Assembly (NCBI GenBank): GCA_042217555.1
Contig: JBDGSL010000002.1
Location: 1-64,000, forward strand
Source: Candidatus Nanohalobium sp.
GTDB lineage: Archaea > Nanohalarchaeota > Nanosalinia > Nanosalinales > Nanosalinaceae
Length of the DNA: 64,000 nt
Direction: 5' to 3'
Position numbers and translations under genes: made by a program. The notes beneath the pieces were generated by a model that was not told the DNA's origin, did not search any database, and saw only the letters and a list, made by a program, of their open reading frames with translations. Shown here in pieces: positions 1-9,091 of this stretch (within the stretch, counting starts at the first letter, position 1; each line of letters starts with the position of its first letter).

Positions 1-43
1 TAGGTCCTTTCGAAGTAAGTACTAACGTTTCAGGATGTACGCA
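1..43 (-). mobile_element. Intein N-terminus (block A) in the Walker A motif of Cdc6
   Basis: GTGK is followed by CVHPETLVLTSKG instead of the expected Thr; fits the intein block A pattern C-h-x-x-(D/E)-T-x-V. Only 14 codons are visible. Confidence 0.8.
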
Positions 44-256
44 CTTCCCAGTTCCAACGCTGCCATAAAGAAAGACGTTACTCGGATCATTTCCCTTTAG
101 GCTCGGTGCTAGGATAGACGCTAAGTCGTTCATTTGTTGTTCTCTGTGCAGTATGTTGTCGGGCTTCCAGTTAGTGGTAAGAGCATCCTTGTTCTTGAAC
201 AAAGACTCCTGATCCACATAGTTCGAAAACATCGACTTCAGATTGCTCTGTCCCAA
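1..256 (-). CDS. cdc6: Orc1/Cdc6 replication initiator, 5' part (runs off the window), with a probable intein starting at nt 43
   Basis: Not in the ORF track. Manual translation from TTG at 256 (GGGTGG upstream) gives MGQSNLKSMF...WKPDNILHREQQMNDLASILAPSLKGNDPSNVFLYGSVGTGK|CVHPETLVLTSKGP, the Cdc6 P.ilHRE and Walker A signatures. ORB elements are adjacent. Confidence 0.9.
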   Translation of the reverse strand, partial: MGQSNLKSMFSNYVDQESLFKNKDALTTNWKPDNILHREQQMNDLASILAPSLKGNDPSNVFLYGSVGTGKCVHPETLVLTSKGP

Positions 257-360
257 GATACCACCCTGACAAAACTCTGCATAATTTTTCTCCCCTCCGT
301 ACATACTCCAACCGAAACCAAGGTTTATAATCCCTTCCATGTGAAGCCGAGGTAACACCG

Positions 361-783
361 ACCCCCACCCCCTGATTTCGAGTGGAAACAGAATCTGCCC
401 AACGTTTTACAGATATAACAGTGTTATATTAGTATAACAGTGTTATAACAGTATATCGGTGTTATAATCCAGAAACCGCTAGCTGGAAACTCTACTCCAG
501 ACGAAACCAGGGGGTGGGTGGTTCAGTGTATCCACAACCACAGAACATTCTACCGGCCGACTAGAACACTTTTAAACAACTTAACTCAATCTTAACAACA
601 CATTCTACCATGATTTTTCACACTTTATCTGCTCTTCAATCTTACTTCATCAAACTTCTCCAAATAAGACCAGAGTAGATCAGCTTTTAACACTTTGAAA
701 CTTTTCTACTATCTTTTCTTCTTTTTTACTGTACAGAAAGACTCTCCAGACCCCCTTGTTTCATGTGGAGGTTTCGTGTGGAA
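361..783. promoter_or_regulatory. Replication origin (oriC) with ORB elements and AT-rich DUE
   Basis: ORB-like motifs: 361-387(-) TTCCACTCGAAATCAGGGGGTGGGGGT; 495-521(+) CTCCAGACGAAACCAGGGGGTGGGTGG; 749-770(-) CTCCACATGAAACAAGGGGGTC; 771-783(-) TTCCACACGAAAC. AT-rich stretch lies between 521 and 749, directly upstream of cdc6. Confidence 0.85.
413..466. repeat. Three palindromic TATAACAGTGTTATA units at 19-bp period
   Basis: Units start at 414, 433 (exact) and 452 (TATATCGGTGTTATA). Confidence 0.9.
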
Positions 784-887
784 TAGTTCAAAAATATTGT
801 CTTCCAGGGTATGGAGAGTTAGTTCTTTACCTGAGAGTGTTAAGAGAAAGAAGTAGTTGATGGAGGAAAAGAGGTCTTTGTATTAGC

Positions 888-2228
888 CTAGGAGTTTGTT
901 AAATCCTTGAGTTTGAATAACCGGAGATCTCCTCTTTCATCGGCCTCATCCCGTAGTCTTTCTGTAAAACCGCTTTTACTGAATAGAGCGTAGTCCGTTC
1001 TTCCTCCAATCCTGATCTCTTCCTTCTTTTCCTCCAGGTCTCTGAGTAGCTTGAGGCCTATATCGGAGTTGGTGTATTTACATTCTCCCAGGAGTTTTCC
1101 ACCCTCTCTATATATCCCTGCTACATCGATTTCGTGCTCTTTATGCCACCATCTTCCTACTTTCTCAAAGTCGCGTTCTGTCAGTTCTGGAAGTTTCTGT
1201 ATGCAGAGGTCCTCGAACCCACGACTTACATAGTCATTCAGTTCAGGTTTCACTATGTCGTGGAAGGGGTTGTCGGTGAGGCTGATGGTATCCTCGTTTC
1301 CGTATATGAAACGAAACCAGAACCTGACCAGAGGCGTCATAATCCTGTATCTACCCTTCCTTGATCTCGGAGGTTCTTCAGTTACAGGAACCTCTCTTTC
1401 CACAAGCCTCAGCCTCTCCAGTTTGGAGAGGTAAGTTCCTATACTTGAGTTTTCTATACCTGTAGCGTTTGATATCCTATTTCTAGTGGTATTTCCGGCG
1501 GCTATCGATTTCAGTATCGCCATGTAACGCTGAGGCTGTGATAGTTCTGTTCTGAGAAGGAACTCTGGTTCGTTGAAAAGCCTTCCCTGCTGATCCAGTA
1601 GTAGAGCGGTTACGTTTTTCTGGAAACTCTGTTCGGGGTTAAGAGTTTTCAGATAGTGCGGAGTGCCTCCGAACACGCTCCAAGTATTTATTTTGCTTTC
1701 GGCTGAATAGTTTGGAAAGAACTTTGCCGCGTTCTGGAAGCCGAGAGGTTGAAGGTCGATCCTGTCTGTCCACCTTCCGTACAACGGGCTTCCACTGGAA
1801 AGTACTTTGTCCTCCATGATGCTGATAGAGGAGCCGATAAGAACCAGGTTCATTTCGGATTCCTGGTTGTCCCAGAAGCGCTGAAAGATAGAGGGCAAAG
1901 AACTGTCCGATTCAACGAGGAAGGGAAACTCGTCTATCGCTAGAGTGGCATCTTTATCGGCTAAAAACTCCAGGATAGCTTCCCAGTCCTGTCTAACTGT
2001 TTTAACTTCAGGATATGTTCTCTGAACTGCTTCTATAAAATCATTTAGCTGGAGCTCTGGAGTAGATTCTGTGGCCTGGAAATAGATATCTTCGCTTTTC
2101 AACACCTGTTTCACTAGCTCGCTCTTACCTATCCGTCTTCGTCCATAGATAGTGATAAATTCGCTGGATTTGCTGTTTAACCTGTTCTTGAGCCTTTCCA
2201 TTTCAGTTTCTCTGTTTATGAATTCCAT
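888..2228 (-). CDS. Archaeal AAA+ ATPase with wHTH and C-terminal PD-(D/E)xK (DUF234) domain, COG1672-like
   Basis: FINRETE, YGRRRIGKS, AIDEFP, SPLYGR, EIDV...GECKY. Confidence 0.9.
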   Translation of the reverse strand: MEFINRETEMERLKNRLNSKSSEFITIYGRRRIGKSELVKQVLKSEDIYFQATESTPELQLNDFIEAVQRTYPEVKTVRQDWEAILEFLADKDATLAIDEFPFLVESDSSLPSIFQRFWDNQESEMNLVLIGSSISIMEDKVLSSGSPLYGRWTDRIDLQPLGFQNAAKFFPNYSAESKINTWSVFGGTPHYLKTLNPEQSFQKNVTALLLDQQGRLFNEPEFLLRTELSQPQRYMAILKSIAAGNTTRNRISNATGIENSSIGTYLSKLERLRLVEREVPVTEEPPRSRKGRYRIMTPLVRFWFRFIYGNEDTISLTDNPFHDIVKPELNDYVSRGFEDLCIQKLPELTERDFEKVGRWWHKEHEIDVAGIYREGGKLLGECKYTNSDIGLKLLRDLEEKKEEIRIGGRTDYALFSKSGFTERLRDEADERGDLRLFKLKDLTNS

Positions 2229-2271
2229 ATCTTCTTTTTTCTGTCTACAGTTAAAAAACCACTGATAAGTA

Positions 2272-2312
2272 AATCTAGATTAACGTAATCTAGATTATGT
2301 TAATTTGGATTA
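2272..2312. promoter_or_regulatory. Palindromic operator-like repeats AATCTAGATT at 15-bp period
   Basis: Copies at 2272 and 2287 (exact) and 2302 (AATTTGGATT), upstream of the ATPase start at 2228. Confidence 0.55.
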
Positions 2313-2781
2313 TCTAAGTTTAGCAAGGGGTAAATGTATCAGAACATCAAAAGAAAAAACACTTCCAGAAGTTCTCTAATCCTCCAGAAAACATGATCGT
2401 GGTTGAATAGAGGCTATAGAGGGAAAAATATCTGGCCGCTCATGTCTGCCATAGCTACATGATTTTTCCAGGATGCAACATGTCTGAAGCTGGCTGCAGA
2501 TGCCAGAAAACACGTTATTATAGCAGAAGTGCAAAAAACATATCTATTCAAAAATATTGTTCCCCAGTACATAGGCAGTGAGTCACTCTTCAGGAAGCTC
2601 GGAATACGCACCCGGTAACAGGGAGAGGATGCTGGCCAACTTTGTAGCCACCACCATAATAGGATCGTTCAGAATCATGCTCTCAATCTTCTCAACAATC
2701 TTCCGCTTCCTGACATCCATAGCCTAAAAACCGGGTTTAAGCAACACAGATAAAAAACCGTTCCGCTCCAAGACATGTAAC

Positions 2782-3933
2782 ATGGACTTAGCGATCTACC
2801 ACGCATGGATCCACTGCAAAGGCGGTGGAGAGAAAGTACTTCTCGAACTACTCGAGAACTCCGAACACGACATCACAGTCTACACAAACAAGTACGTACC
2901 GGAAGACACTTACTCGGAGTTCGAGGACCATGACGTGGTAGAGCTGGGTGGTTTGCCCATCATCGGAGAGATATTTAGAGGTGCGACATTCACACTGGCT
3001 GCAGCTCTTACAAAGCTTCCAATGGATGAACATGATGCACTTGTAGTTTCCACAGGAGGAGTCGCTGAAGTCATAAACTACAGGAATGACTCCAAGCCTT
3101 TGATCGGTTTCTGCCACACACCGCTAAGACCAGTACACGATGACGACATTTACCAGCATAAAATAGAGAACTCGGGCTTGCTCAAAAGGAATTTCTACAG
3201 ACTGGCAACCAGAGCATACGAGATGATCGAGAGACCGGCCTGGAAGAAGTTTGACCACGTGATATTCAACTCCAAGACGACTCAGGAACGAGCCACCTCG
3301 GACCACCTCATCCACAAAGACAAGACCTCGATCAATCATCCCGGAGCCGACACCAGCGACAACTCAGGGAACCGATACGACAATTACTTCTTCTACCCTT
3401 CAAGATTTGCGTACTACAAACGCCAGGACTTCGCGCTGGACGCATGGGAAAAATTCCTGGAAGAAAACCCTGACACAGACTTCAAACTGTTTATAGCTGG
3501 AGGAGTCAACGAAGAAAAACAGGGATACTACGAGGAGATCAAGTCCAGGGCCGAAGGGATAGAAGGAGTAGAGGTGAAATCAGATGTTCCAGGTGAAGAA
3601 TGGGAGGATCTCTACAGGAACGCCTACTCGATTTTGTTCTGCGCCATAAACGAGGACTGGGGAATCATCCCGATCGAAGCCGGCAGCTACGAGAAACCGA
3701 TAATAAGCGTAAACGAGGGAGGACCAACAGAGTCAATCCTGCACGAAGAGACTGGACTCCTGGTCGACGACGCAGAGGAGATGGCGGAAGCCATGCAGAG
3801 ACTTGCGGAAGACGAAGAACTCGTCAAGGAGATGGGTAGGAAAGGCAAGGAAAGAAGCAAGGAGTACACATGGGACAAGTTCGTCAAAAACTTCGATGAG
3901 AAAGTAAGCGAAGTGGTAGAGGAAGAGAACTGA
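2782..3933 (+). CDS. Glycosyltransferase family 4
   Basis: N-terminal GGGEKV, SRF...KRQD, EDWGIIPIEA (Ex7E), GGPTESI. Confidence 0.92.
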   Translation: MDLAIYHAWIHCKGGGEKVLLELLENSEHDITVYTNKYVPEDTYSEFEDHDVVELGGLPIIGEIFRGATFTLAAALTKLPMDEHDALVVSTGGVAEVINYRNDSKPLIGFCHTPLRPVHDDDIYQHKIENSGLLKRNFYRLATRAYEMIERPAWKKFDHVIFNSKTTQERATSDHLIHKDKTSINHPGADTSDNSGNRYDNYFFYPSRFAYYKRQDFALDAWEKFLEENPDTDFKLFIAGGVNEEKQGYYEEIKSRAEGIEGVEVKSDVPGEEWEDLYRNAYSILFCAINEDWGIIPIEAGSYEKPIISVNEGGPTESILHEETGLLVDDAEEMAEAMQRLAEDEELVKEMGRKGKERSKEYTWDKFVKNFDEKVSEVVEEEN

Positions 3934-4041
3934 TCACTACTGAGATAATACTGAGTGAAACAGTATAATTACAAAATTGTTTTAATTTTAGTAGGGTTAA
4001 ATACGAAGAGTTTTAAATTTTAGTAGGCTTAAAGTTTAAGC

Positions 4042-5277
4042 ATGGAGTATGTTAGAAGGGATCTTGAGGATCAGATCCGAAATTATCTGGATTCGCCTGA
4101 GATTATTGCAGTAGTAGGGCCGAGACAGGCCGGAAAAACTACTTTGTTCAAAAAATTTCAGGAGGACCTGGAGAACTCCAGATACATCAGTTTTGAGGAC
4201 AGGGATGTTCTATCTGTCTTTGAGGAAGATGAGAAGGAGTTTGCAGAACTCTACCTGGAAGGCAGTGACTATTTACTGATAGATGAGTTCCAATACGCTG
4301 AGGAAGGAGGCAGAAAACTGAAGTACCTATACGATGAATACCCTGGGAAAATCATGATTACAGGCTCATCAGCGGCCGAGATGACTATAGAAGGCCTGAA
4401 ACATCTTACAGGAAGAGTGCTGAAGTTCAACATTTATCCCTTCAGCTTCAGGGAATTCCTGAGATACAGGGATGAAGATCTATATGAACTGTTCAGAACC
4501 AGAGAAGATAAAATCCCGGACTGGATACAAGGAGAAGAAGACCTGGATATAACCGATACAACCCTTTCCCGGCTCGAAAAGTTACGTAAAGAATACTCTA
4601 TCTACGGCGGATATCCACGAGTCGTACTCGCAGATTCCGAGGAAGAGAAACAGAAAGTCCTGGAAAACATCGTTGAAACATACCTGATCAGGGAGATAGG
4701 AGACGTTATGGATATATCAGATGACAGAGAAATGAAGGACTTAATGAGGGTTCTGGCACTCCAGATGGGAGAAAAAACAAGGTACAACACAGTCTCACAG
4801 AAAACAGGGATAAATCACAACAAACTAAAGGACAGGCTGAACGTCCTGGAACACACCTTTGTCCTGGAACAGGTAAGACCTTTCTACACCAATAAACAGA
4901 AGGAAATAACCAAGCAACCAAAAATTTACTTCTACGACAACGGCTTCAGAAACACTTTGATCAACAACTTCAACAAACTCGAACTAAGGAAGGATCAAGG
5001 CGAGCTGAACGAAAACTTCTTCTTCACACAGGCCCGTACAGAACTCAAGTACTGGAGAACCAAAAGCAGAGCCGAAGTCGACTTCATCAAAGAAAGCTCA
5101 GATATAAACGCCTACGAAATAAAGACAACACCTAAAACCACAAGATCAATGAGAAGCTTCCAGAAAAAATACTCTCCAAAAAACATGATACTGATGAACC
5201 AGGAAAAACTCCAGAAGAACCAAGACGAAGTATTCATACCACTAATATTCTCACAGAAAGTAGCAGAAATACAATGA
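4042..5277 (+). CDS. AAA+ ATPase with DUF4143 / PD-(D/E)xK domain, COG1373-like
   Basis: GPRQAGKTT, LIDEFQY, TGSS, GGYP, PKIYFYDNG, EVDFI...EIK. Confidence 0.9.
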   Translation: MEYVRRDLEDQIRNYLDSPEIIAVVGPRQAGKTTLFKKFQEDLENSRYISFEDRDVLSVFEEDEKEFAELYLEGSDYLLIDEFQYAEEGGRKLKYLYDEYPGKIMITGSSAAEMTIEGLKHLTGRVLKFNIYPFSFREFLRYRDEDLYELFRTREDKIPDWIQGEEDLDITDTTLSRLEKLRKEYSIYGGYPRVVLADSEEEKQKVLENIVETYLIREIGDVMDISDDREMKDLMRVLALQMGEKTRYNTVSQKTGINHNKLKDRLNVLEHTFVLEQVRPFYTNKQKEITKQPKIYFYDNGFRNTLINNFNKLELRKDQGELNENFFFTQARTELKYWRTKSRAEVDFIKESSDINAYEIKTTPKTTRSMRSFQKKYSPKNMILMNQEKLQKNQDEVFIPLIFSQKVAEIQ

Positions 5278-5312
5278 AAATACTACTAGTAAACGACTAC
5301 TACAAAATTTGA
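5274..5312 (+). pseudogene. 5' stub of a glycosyltransferase gene (MKILLVNDYYKI*)
   Basis: ATGA overlap with the ATPase stop; GT4-like first strand; near-copy at 6146. Confidence 0.5.
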
Positions 5313-5603
5313 TATTAGAGACCTCTTAAAACACTGTTTCAATTTTCTGACATCTGATATAATTATCTAACAGTTACAGGGAAGAGGTCTCTCCAGGAAG
5401 AGCAACTGAAATAGCCTCAACAGACAGAGAAAGCTTCAAAGAAAACCCAGGAAAGAGAAGTTGAAAGAGAACTGGAATCTCGGGAAGAGTTCGAAGTATC
5501 AGAGAGTTACTGAACCTAGTTTTCCACGGTTTTGATACTGAACCTATCTAACCACAAGATATAAGACGTTCGACTTACCCTTGTACTACGGAGGTGAGAT
5601 AAT

Positions 5604-5867
5604 ATGAGTTCGATTACTGTGAAGCTGCCTGACGAGCAGAAAAAAGAGATTCAGAGGCTGGTAGAGGAGAAGAACTATCCAAACATGTCCGAATGGGTGA
5701 GAGAAACCATAAGACAGAGGATCGAGGAAGAACAAAAACTTTACCCGGACGAACTGAAGAGGCTTCTCAAGGTCAGAGAGAAGGAGAGAAAGGGAGAAGA
5801 CGAATGGCACTCTATGGAAGAAGTCATGGAGGAACTAGACATAGATGAATCTGAAATTCGAGGATGA
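5604..5867 (+). CDS. Ribbon-helix-helix antitoxin
   Basis: SITVKLP...YPNMSEWVRETIR; overlaps the downstream RelE-like gene; GGAGGTGA SD. Confidence 0.85.
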   Translation: MSSITVKLPDEQKKEIQRLVEEKNYPNMSEWVRETIRQRIEEEQKLYPDELKRLLKVREKERKGEDEWHSMEEVMEELDIDESEIRG

Positions 5868-6108
5868 AGCACTCGAAGACCTCAGAAAACTAGATGAAGA
5901 AATATACAGAGAGGTGCTCGGCCACATACACAAACTGGAGGAAAACCCTCTGCCGGAAAACTCTAAGGTAATACCTCTGGAAGATGGAACACAGATGCAG
6001 AGACTAAAACTACAGGCCGAGGACAGAAACTCACAACTCAACCACAGAATATTCTACAACATAGAAGACAAAACCATAAGGATCTACGGCGTATTCAGAG
6101 ACAGATAG
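5845..6108 (+). CDS. RelE/ParE family toxin, probably frameshift-truncated at the C-terminus
   Basis: LKFEDEALEDLRKL...LEENP...HRIFYNI. An alternative frame continues RQIGYREMKQKTQDRK* to 6149. Confidence 0.8.
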   Translation: MNLKFEDEALEDLRKLDEEIYREVLGHIHKLEENPLPENSKVIPLEDGTQMQRLKLQAEDRNSQLNHRIFYNIEDKTIRIYGVFRDR

Positions 6109-6145
6109 GATACAGAGAGATGAAACAAAAAACACAGGATCGAAA

Positions 6146-6229
6146 ATGAAAATACTTCTCGTCAACGACCACTACTCCTTTTGAGGAGTAGAAAACTACG
6201 TAAGGACGCATGGTAACTACAAGCTCTAA
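6146..6229 (+). pseudogene. 5' stub of a GT4 glycosyltransferase (MKILLVNDHYSF*GVENYVR)
   Basis: TGA at 6182-6184 sits where the first Gly of a GGxE motif is expected. Confidence 0.55.
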
Positions 6230-6263
6230 ATTCTGCAAATCTCAAAACACAGTACAGAAATAA

Positions 6264-7235
6264 ATGCTACTGATCAAGACTTCACGTATGAGCGAGTTCA
6301 AAAACGTATTCATCTTCGTATCAGACGCTCTTCATCATGAATACATGCCGGAGAAGATAATAGAGGAGAGCGAGTCCGGCCTGATCAAGTGTCTCGCTCC
6401 TTCCCTTCACTCACCGCAGTCATTTGCTTCAATACTGACCTCGCTGGAGTCCTATAACCACAGCATCGGAGGTTTCTTCGACAATCTCGAGGAAGACACA
6501 TACATGGGTTTCTTCAAGGACTCTGTATTCTACGACCACGAATACTCGAACGTGGCGAACTGCCTCAACATCGAACCAGGCACGAAAGAACTGAACGAAG
6601 TCGAGCCGCCGTTCTTTTTTATTGAGAGAGCTTTGGAGACACACGAGCCGTACGGAAAGATGGGCCACGGCAACGAGATACCGGACCACGACGAACCCCA
6701 CGGTGACGAGTACTACGCGAAATACACGGACGATGAGATCCAGGAAAAGTACCAGGACTCTGTGGATAAAATGGAGGAACACTTCTGGAGACACGTCCAG
6801 GAATTGAAGGATCGCGGGCTCTATGAAGACACTCTAATCGTAATAACAGCTGATCACGGCGAAACACTCGGGCAGAGGATCTACGGCAGGAAGAGATACG
6901 GCCACAACTCGCCACCTTCGAAGGATGTCGGCCAGGTACCGCTCGTCTTCCTCAACGCTGATCCAAACGTTGACCACATGAGAAGTGTGGATATAATCCC
7001 GACCGCGTTCTCACTCATGGGCAAGGCCAATTTATTAGAAGTCGATGGAATCAATGTTACAACTGAAGGTGCGCCTGATGAAGGTGTTTGCATGACGCCG
7101 ATGCGACTTTTCAAACTAAAATGGGAGTGGAACGGCGAGGACTGGGAACCTTCAAACATTTTCAAAACCCTGTTCGAAGACCTGGTCTACAAAAGGCCGG
7201 TAAGAGAATTATACGACAAGGTCAACCCACACTAG
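6264..7235 (+). CDS. Sulfatase-like / alkaline phosphatase superfamily protein (likely start 6288)
   Basis: VFIFVSDAL, THEPY, ITADHGE, YGH, VPLVF. Confidence 0.85.
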   Translation: MLLIKTSRMSEFKNVFIFVSDALHHEYMPEKIIEESESGLIKCLAPSLHSPQSFASILTSLESYNHSIGGFFDNLEEDTYMGFFKDSVFYDHEYSNVANCLNIEPGTKELNEVEPPFFFIERALETHEPYGKMGHGNEIPDHDEPHGDEYYAKYTDDEIQEKYQDSVDKMEEHFWRHVQELKDRGLYEDTLIVITADHGETLGQRIYGRKRYGHNSPPSKDVGQVPLVFLNADPNVDHMRSVDIIPTAFSLMGKANLLEVDGINVTTEGAPDEGVCMTPMRLFKLKWEWNGEDWEPSNIFKTLFEDLVYKRPVRELYDKVNPH

Positions 7236-7248
7236 AAGTGAAAAATCG

Positions 7249-8268
7249 ATGGAAGAAAAACTAACCTTAATCTACAACAACCCTGACCCAGGATCAGGAG
7301 GAATACCGAGGTACGCACACAGAATTAAGGAAGGACTGAAGGAACAGGAGATAGATTTCTCCGACGTCGACTTCACACACATCTCAGGAGACTCGGTATT
7401 CGGGAAAGTGAAGAACCTGGTCTGGACACGTCCAAGATTCATCCGGCAACAGAAAAAAGACATGACTGGAGTAAATCTTTTCGTCCAGCCGGAGCTATAC
7501 TTCAGGACACCTGGAACTGACATCGTGACGGTCCACGACCTCTTCATGAAGTACTACACGGACGTAGACGGACTTTACGAGAACTTCCGGCAGAAAATTT
7601 ATGTTAGAAGATTCGAGAGAGCGATAAATAATGTTGACCACTTCATCGCGGTATCGACACAGACCAAGCAACAGCTCATCAAGGAAGGAGTAGAGGAAGA
7701 GAAAATATCTGTAATAAATCTCGGAGTAAGGGAGAAATTCTCAATCCAGGAGAACTGGGAAGATCGAGAAAACGAGATCGGATACCTCGGCGACTTCAGG
7801 CCGAGAAAAAATGTTGGAAGACTACTAGAAGACTTCACAGAAAACTCTGATGAACTTGAAGAGTTTGAACTCGTCCTCGGAGGCGGCGGAGGATCAGAGG
7901 AAGGAAAACTAAAGGAAAAATACTCAGGAAAAGAAAAGATCAAGTTCCAGGGCAGGATACCTGAAGACGGACTCACAGAATGGTACAACTTTCTTAAAGC
8001 GTTCTTCTTTCCATCAGAACTCGAAGGCTTCGGCCTCCCAGTGCTTGAAGCAGTATCCTGCGGAACACCAGTCTTCATCTACGAAGACGCCGACATACCG
8101 GAAGAAGTCAAGGAATACTGCATAACAGTAGAATCAGTCTCCGATGTTCCTGGAAAACTGGAGGAACTTTCCAATGGAGAAATCCAGGAGAAAGTAGATG
8201 AGATCTCCGAAGAATTTGACTGGGATAAAACAGTTTCAGAAACGGTGAGCTTGATTGAAAATATCTGA
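7249..8268 (+). CDS. Glycosyltransferase family 4
   Basis: GGIPRY, VTVHDL, PRKN, EGFGLPVLEA. Confidence 0.92.
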   Translation: MEEKLTLIYNNPDPGSGGIPRYAHRIKEGLKEQEIDFSDVDFTHISGDSVFGKVKNLVWTRPRFIRQQKKDMTGVNLFVQPELYFRTPGTDIVTVHDLFMKYYTDVDGLYENFRQKIYVRRFERAINNVDHFIAVSTQTKQQLIKEGVEEEKISVINLGVREKFSIQENWEDRENEIGYLGDFRPRKNVGRLLEDFTENSDELEEFELVLGGGGGSEEGKLKEKYSGKEKIKFQGRIPEDGLTEWYNFLKAFFFPSELEGFGLPVLEAVSCGTPVFIYEDADIPEEVKEYCITVESVSDVPGKLEELSNGEIQEKVDEISEEFDWDKTVSETVSLIENI

Positions 8269-9091
8269 AAAACTTGTTTTCGGCCTCAGAAGATTCTATA
8301 TGAAAAACATATTCTACAGGATGAGAGATAGGAGAGGCTTCACAAGGATCAAGATGTTTCTCGACTCTCTGGCGGAGAGATACGCGGAAAAGCCTGAAAA
8401 ACCAGGATTCGATGTTTTTGAGAAGGATTGGGACAACCTTCTAATTCTGGATGCCTGCCGCCTAGATCTGTATGAAGAAGTAGAGGGAGAAACGGAAGGA
8501 AGAACTTCTCTCGGAAGTAGCACCGCAGAGTTCGTCGAGAAAAATTTCTCCAAAGGAGACTTCTCGGATATAGTCTATGTAACAGGGAATCCACACTTCT
8601 CCAAGAAACTTTTCTCAGAACTGACAGGCAGGGATCCGGATGAAATATTTCACGAAGTATTCCACACCTACATGTCAGACTGGGACACCGAAAACGGAAC
8701 TGTGCTACCGGAACCGCTGATACGAGATGCAGAAACCGCCAAGAAACTCTTTCCCGATAGAAGAATAGTCGTGCACTTCATGCAGCCACATCACCCTTTC
8801 GTTAACTCACAGATAGAAGAAGATTCGGCAATGGTGGGAAAAGATGAGGCCAATAAAGTATGGCCAAGACTGGAAAGAGAGGAATTTTCTAAAGAAGATA
8901 TCTGGGAAGCCTACGGAGAAAATTTAGAATATATACTCAATGAACTAGAAGAATTTGTGAAGGACTTAGAAGGGAAGACTATAATCACATCAGATCACGG
9001 AAACGCAGTCGGAGAAAGCACTTTCTATGGTCATCCTAAAGGAGTAGACACGAAGGAACTTAGGGAGGTTCCCTGGGATGAAATGTTATAG
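8255..9091 (+). CDS. Alkaline phosphatase superfamily protein (WDNLLILDACR type)
   Basis: WDNLLILDACR, HFMQPHHPF, TSDHGN, YGHP, VPW. Confidence 0.85.
   Translation: MKISEKLVFGLRRFYMKNIFYRMRDRRGFTRIKMFLDSLAERYAEKPEKPGFDVFEKDWDNLLILDACRLDLYEEVEGETEGRTSLGSSTAEFVEKNFSKGDFSDIVYVTGNPHFSKKLFSELTGRDPDEIFHEVFHTYMSDWDTENGTVLPEPLIRDAETAKKLFPDRRIVVHFMQPHHPFVNSQIEEDSAMVGKDEANKVWPRLEREEFSKEDIWEAYGENLEYILNELEEFVKDLEGKTIITSDHGNAVGESTFYGHPKGVDTKELREVPWDEML

Noticed and set aside
134..368. ORF-track calls 134-355(+) and 171-368(-)
   Set aside because: Shadow frames of the real cdc6 5' end and its promoter region.
413..466. Periodic palindromes as a CRISPR array
   Set aside because: Units are 15 bp with 4-bp gaps, with no spacers and no cas genes.
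2414..2720. Short minus-strand ORFs (MDVRKRKIVEK... and 2414-2611) as a gene or pseudogene
   Set aside because: No recognisable family; may be a relic but cannot be supported.
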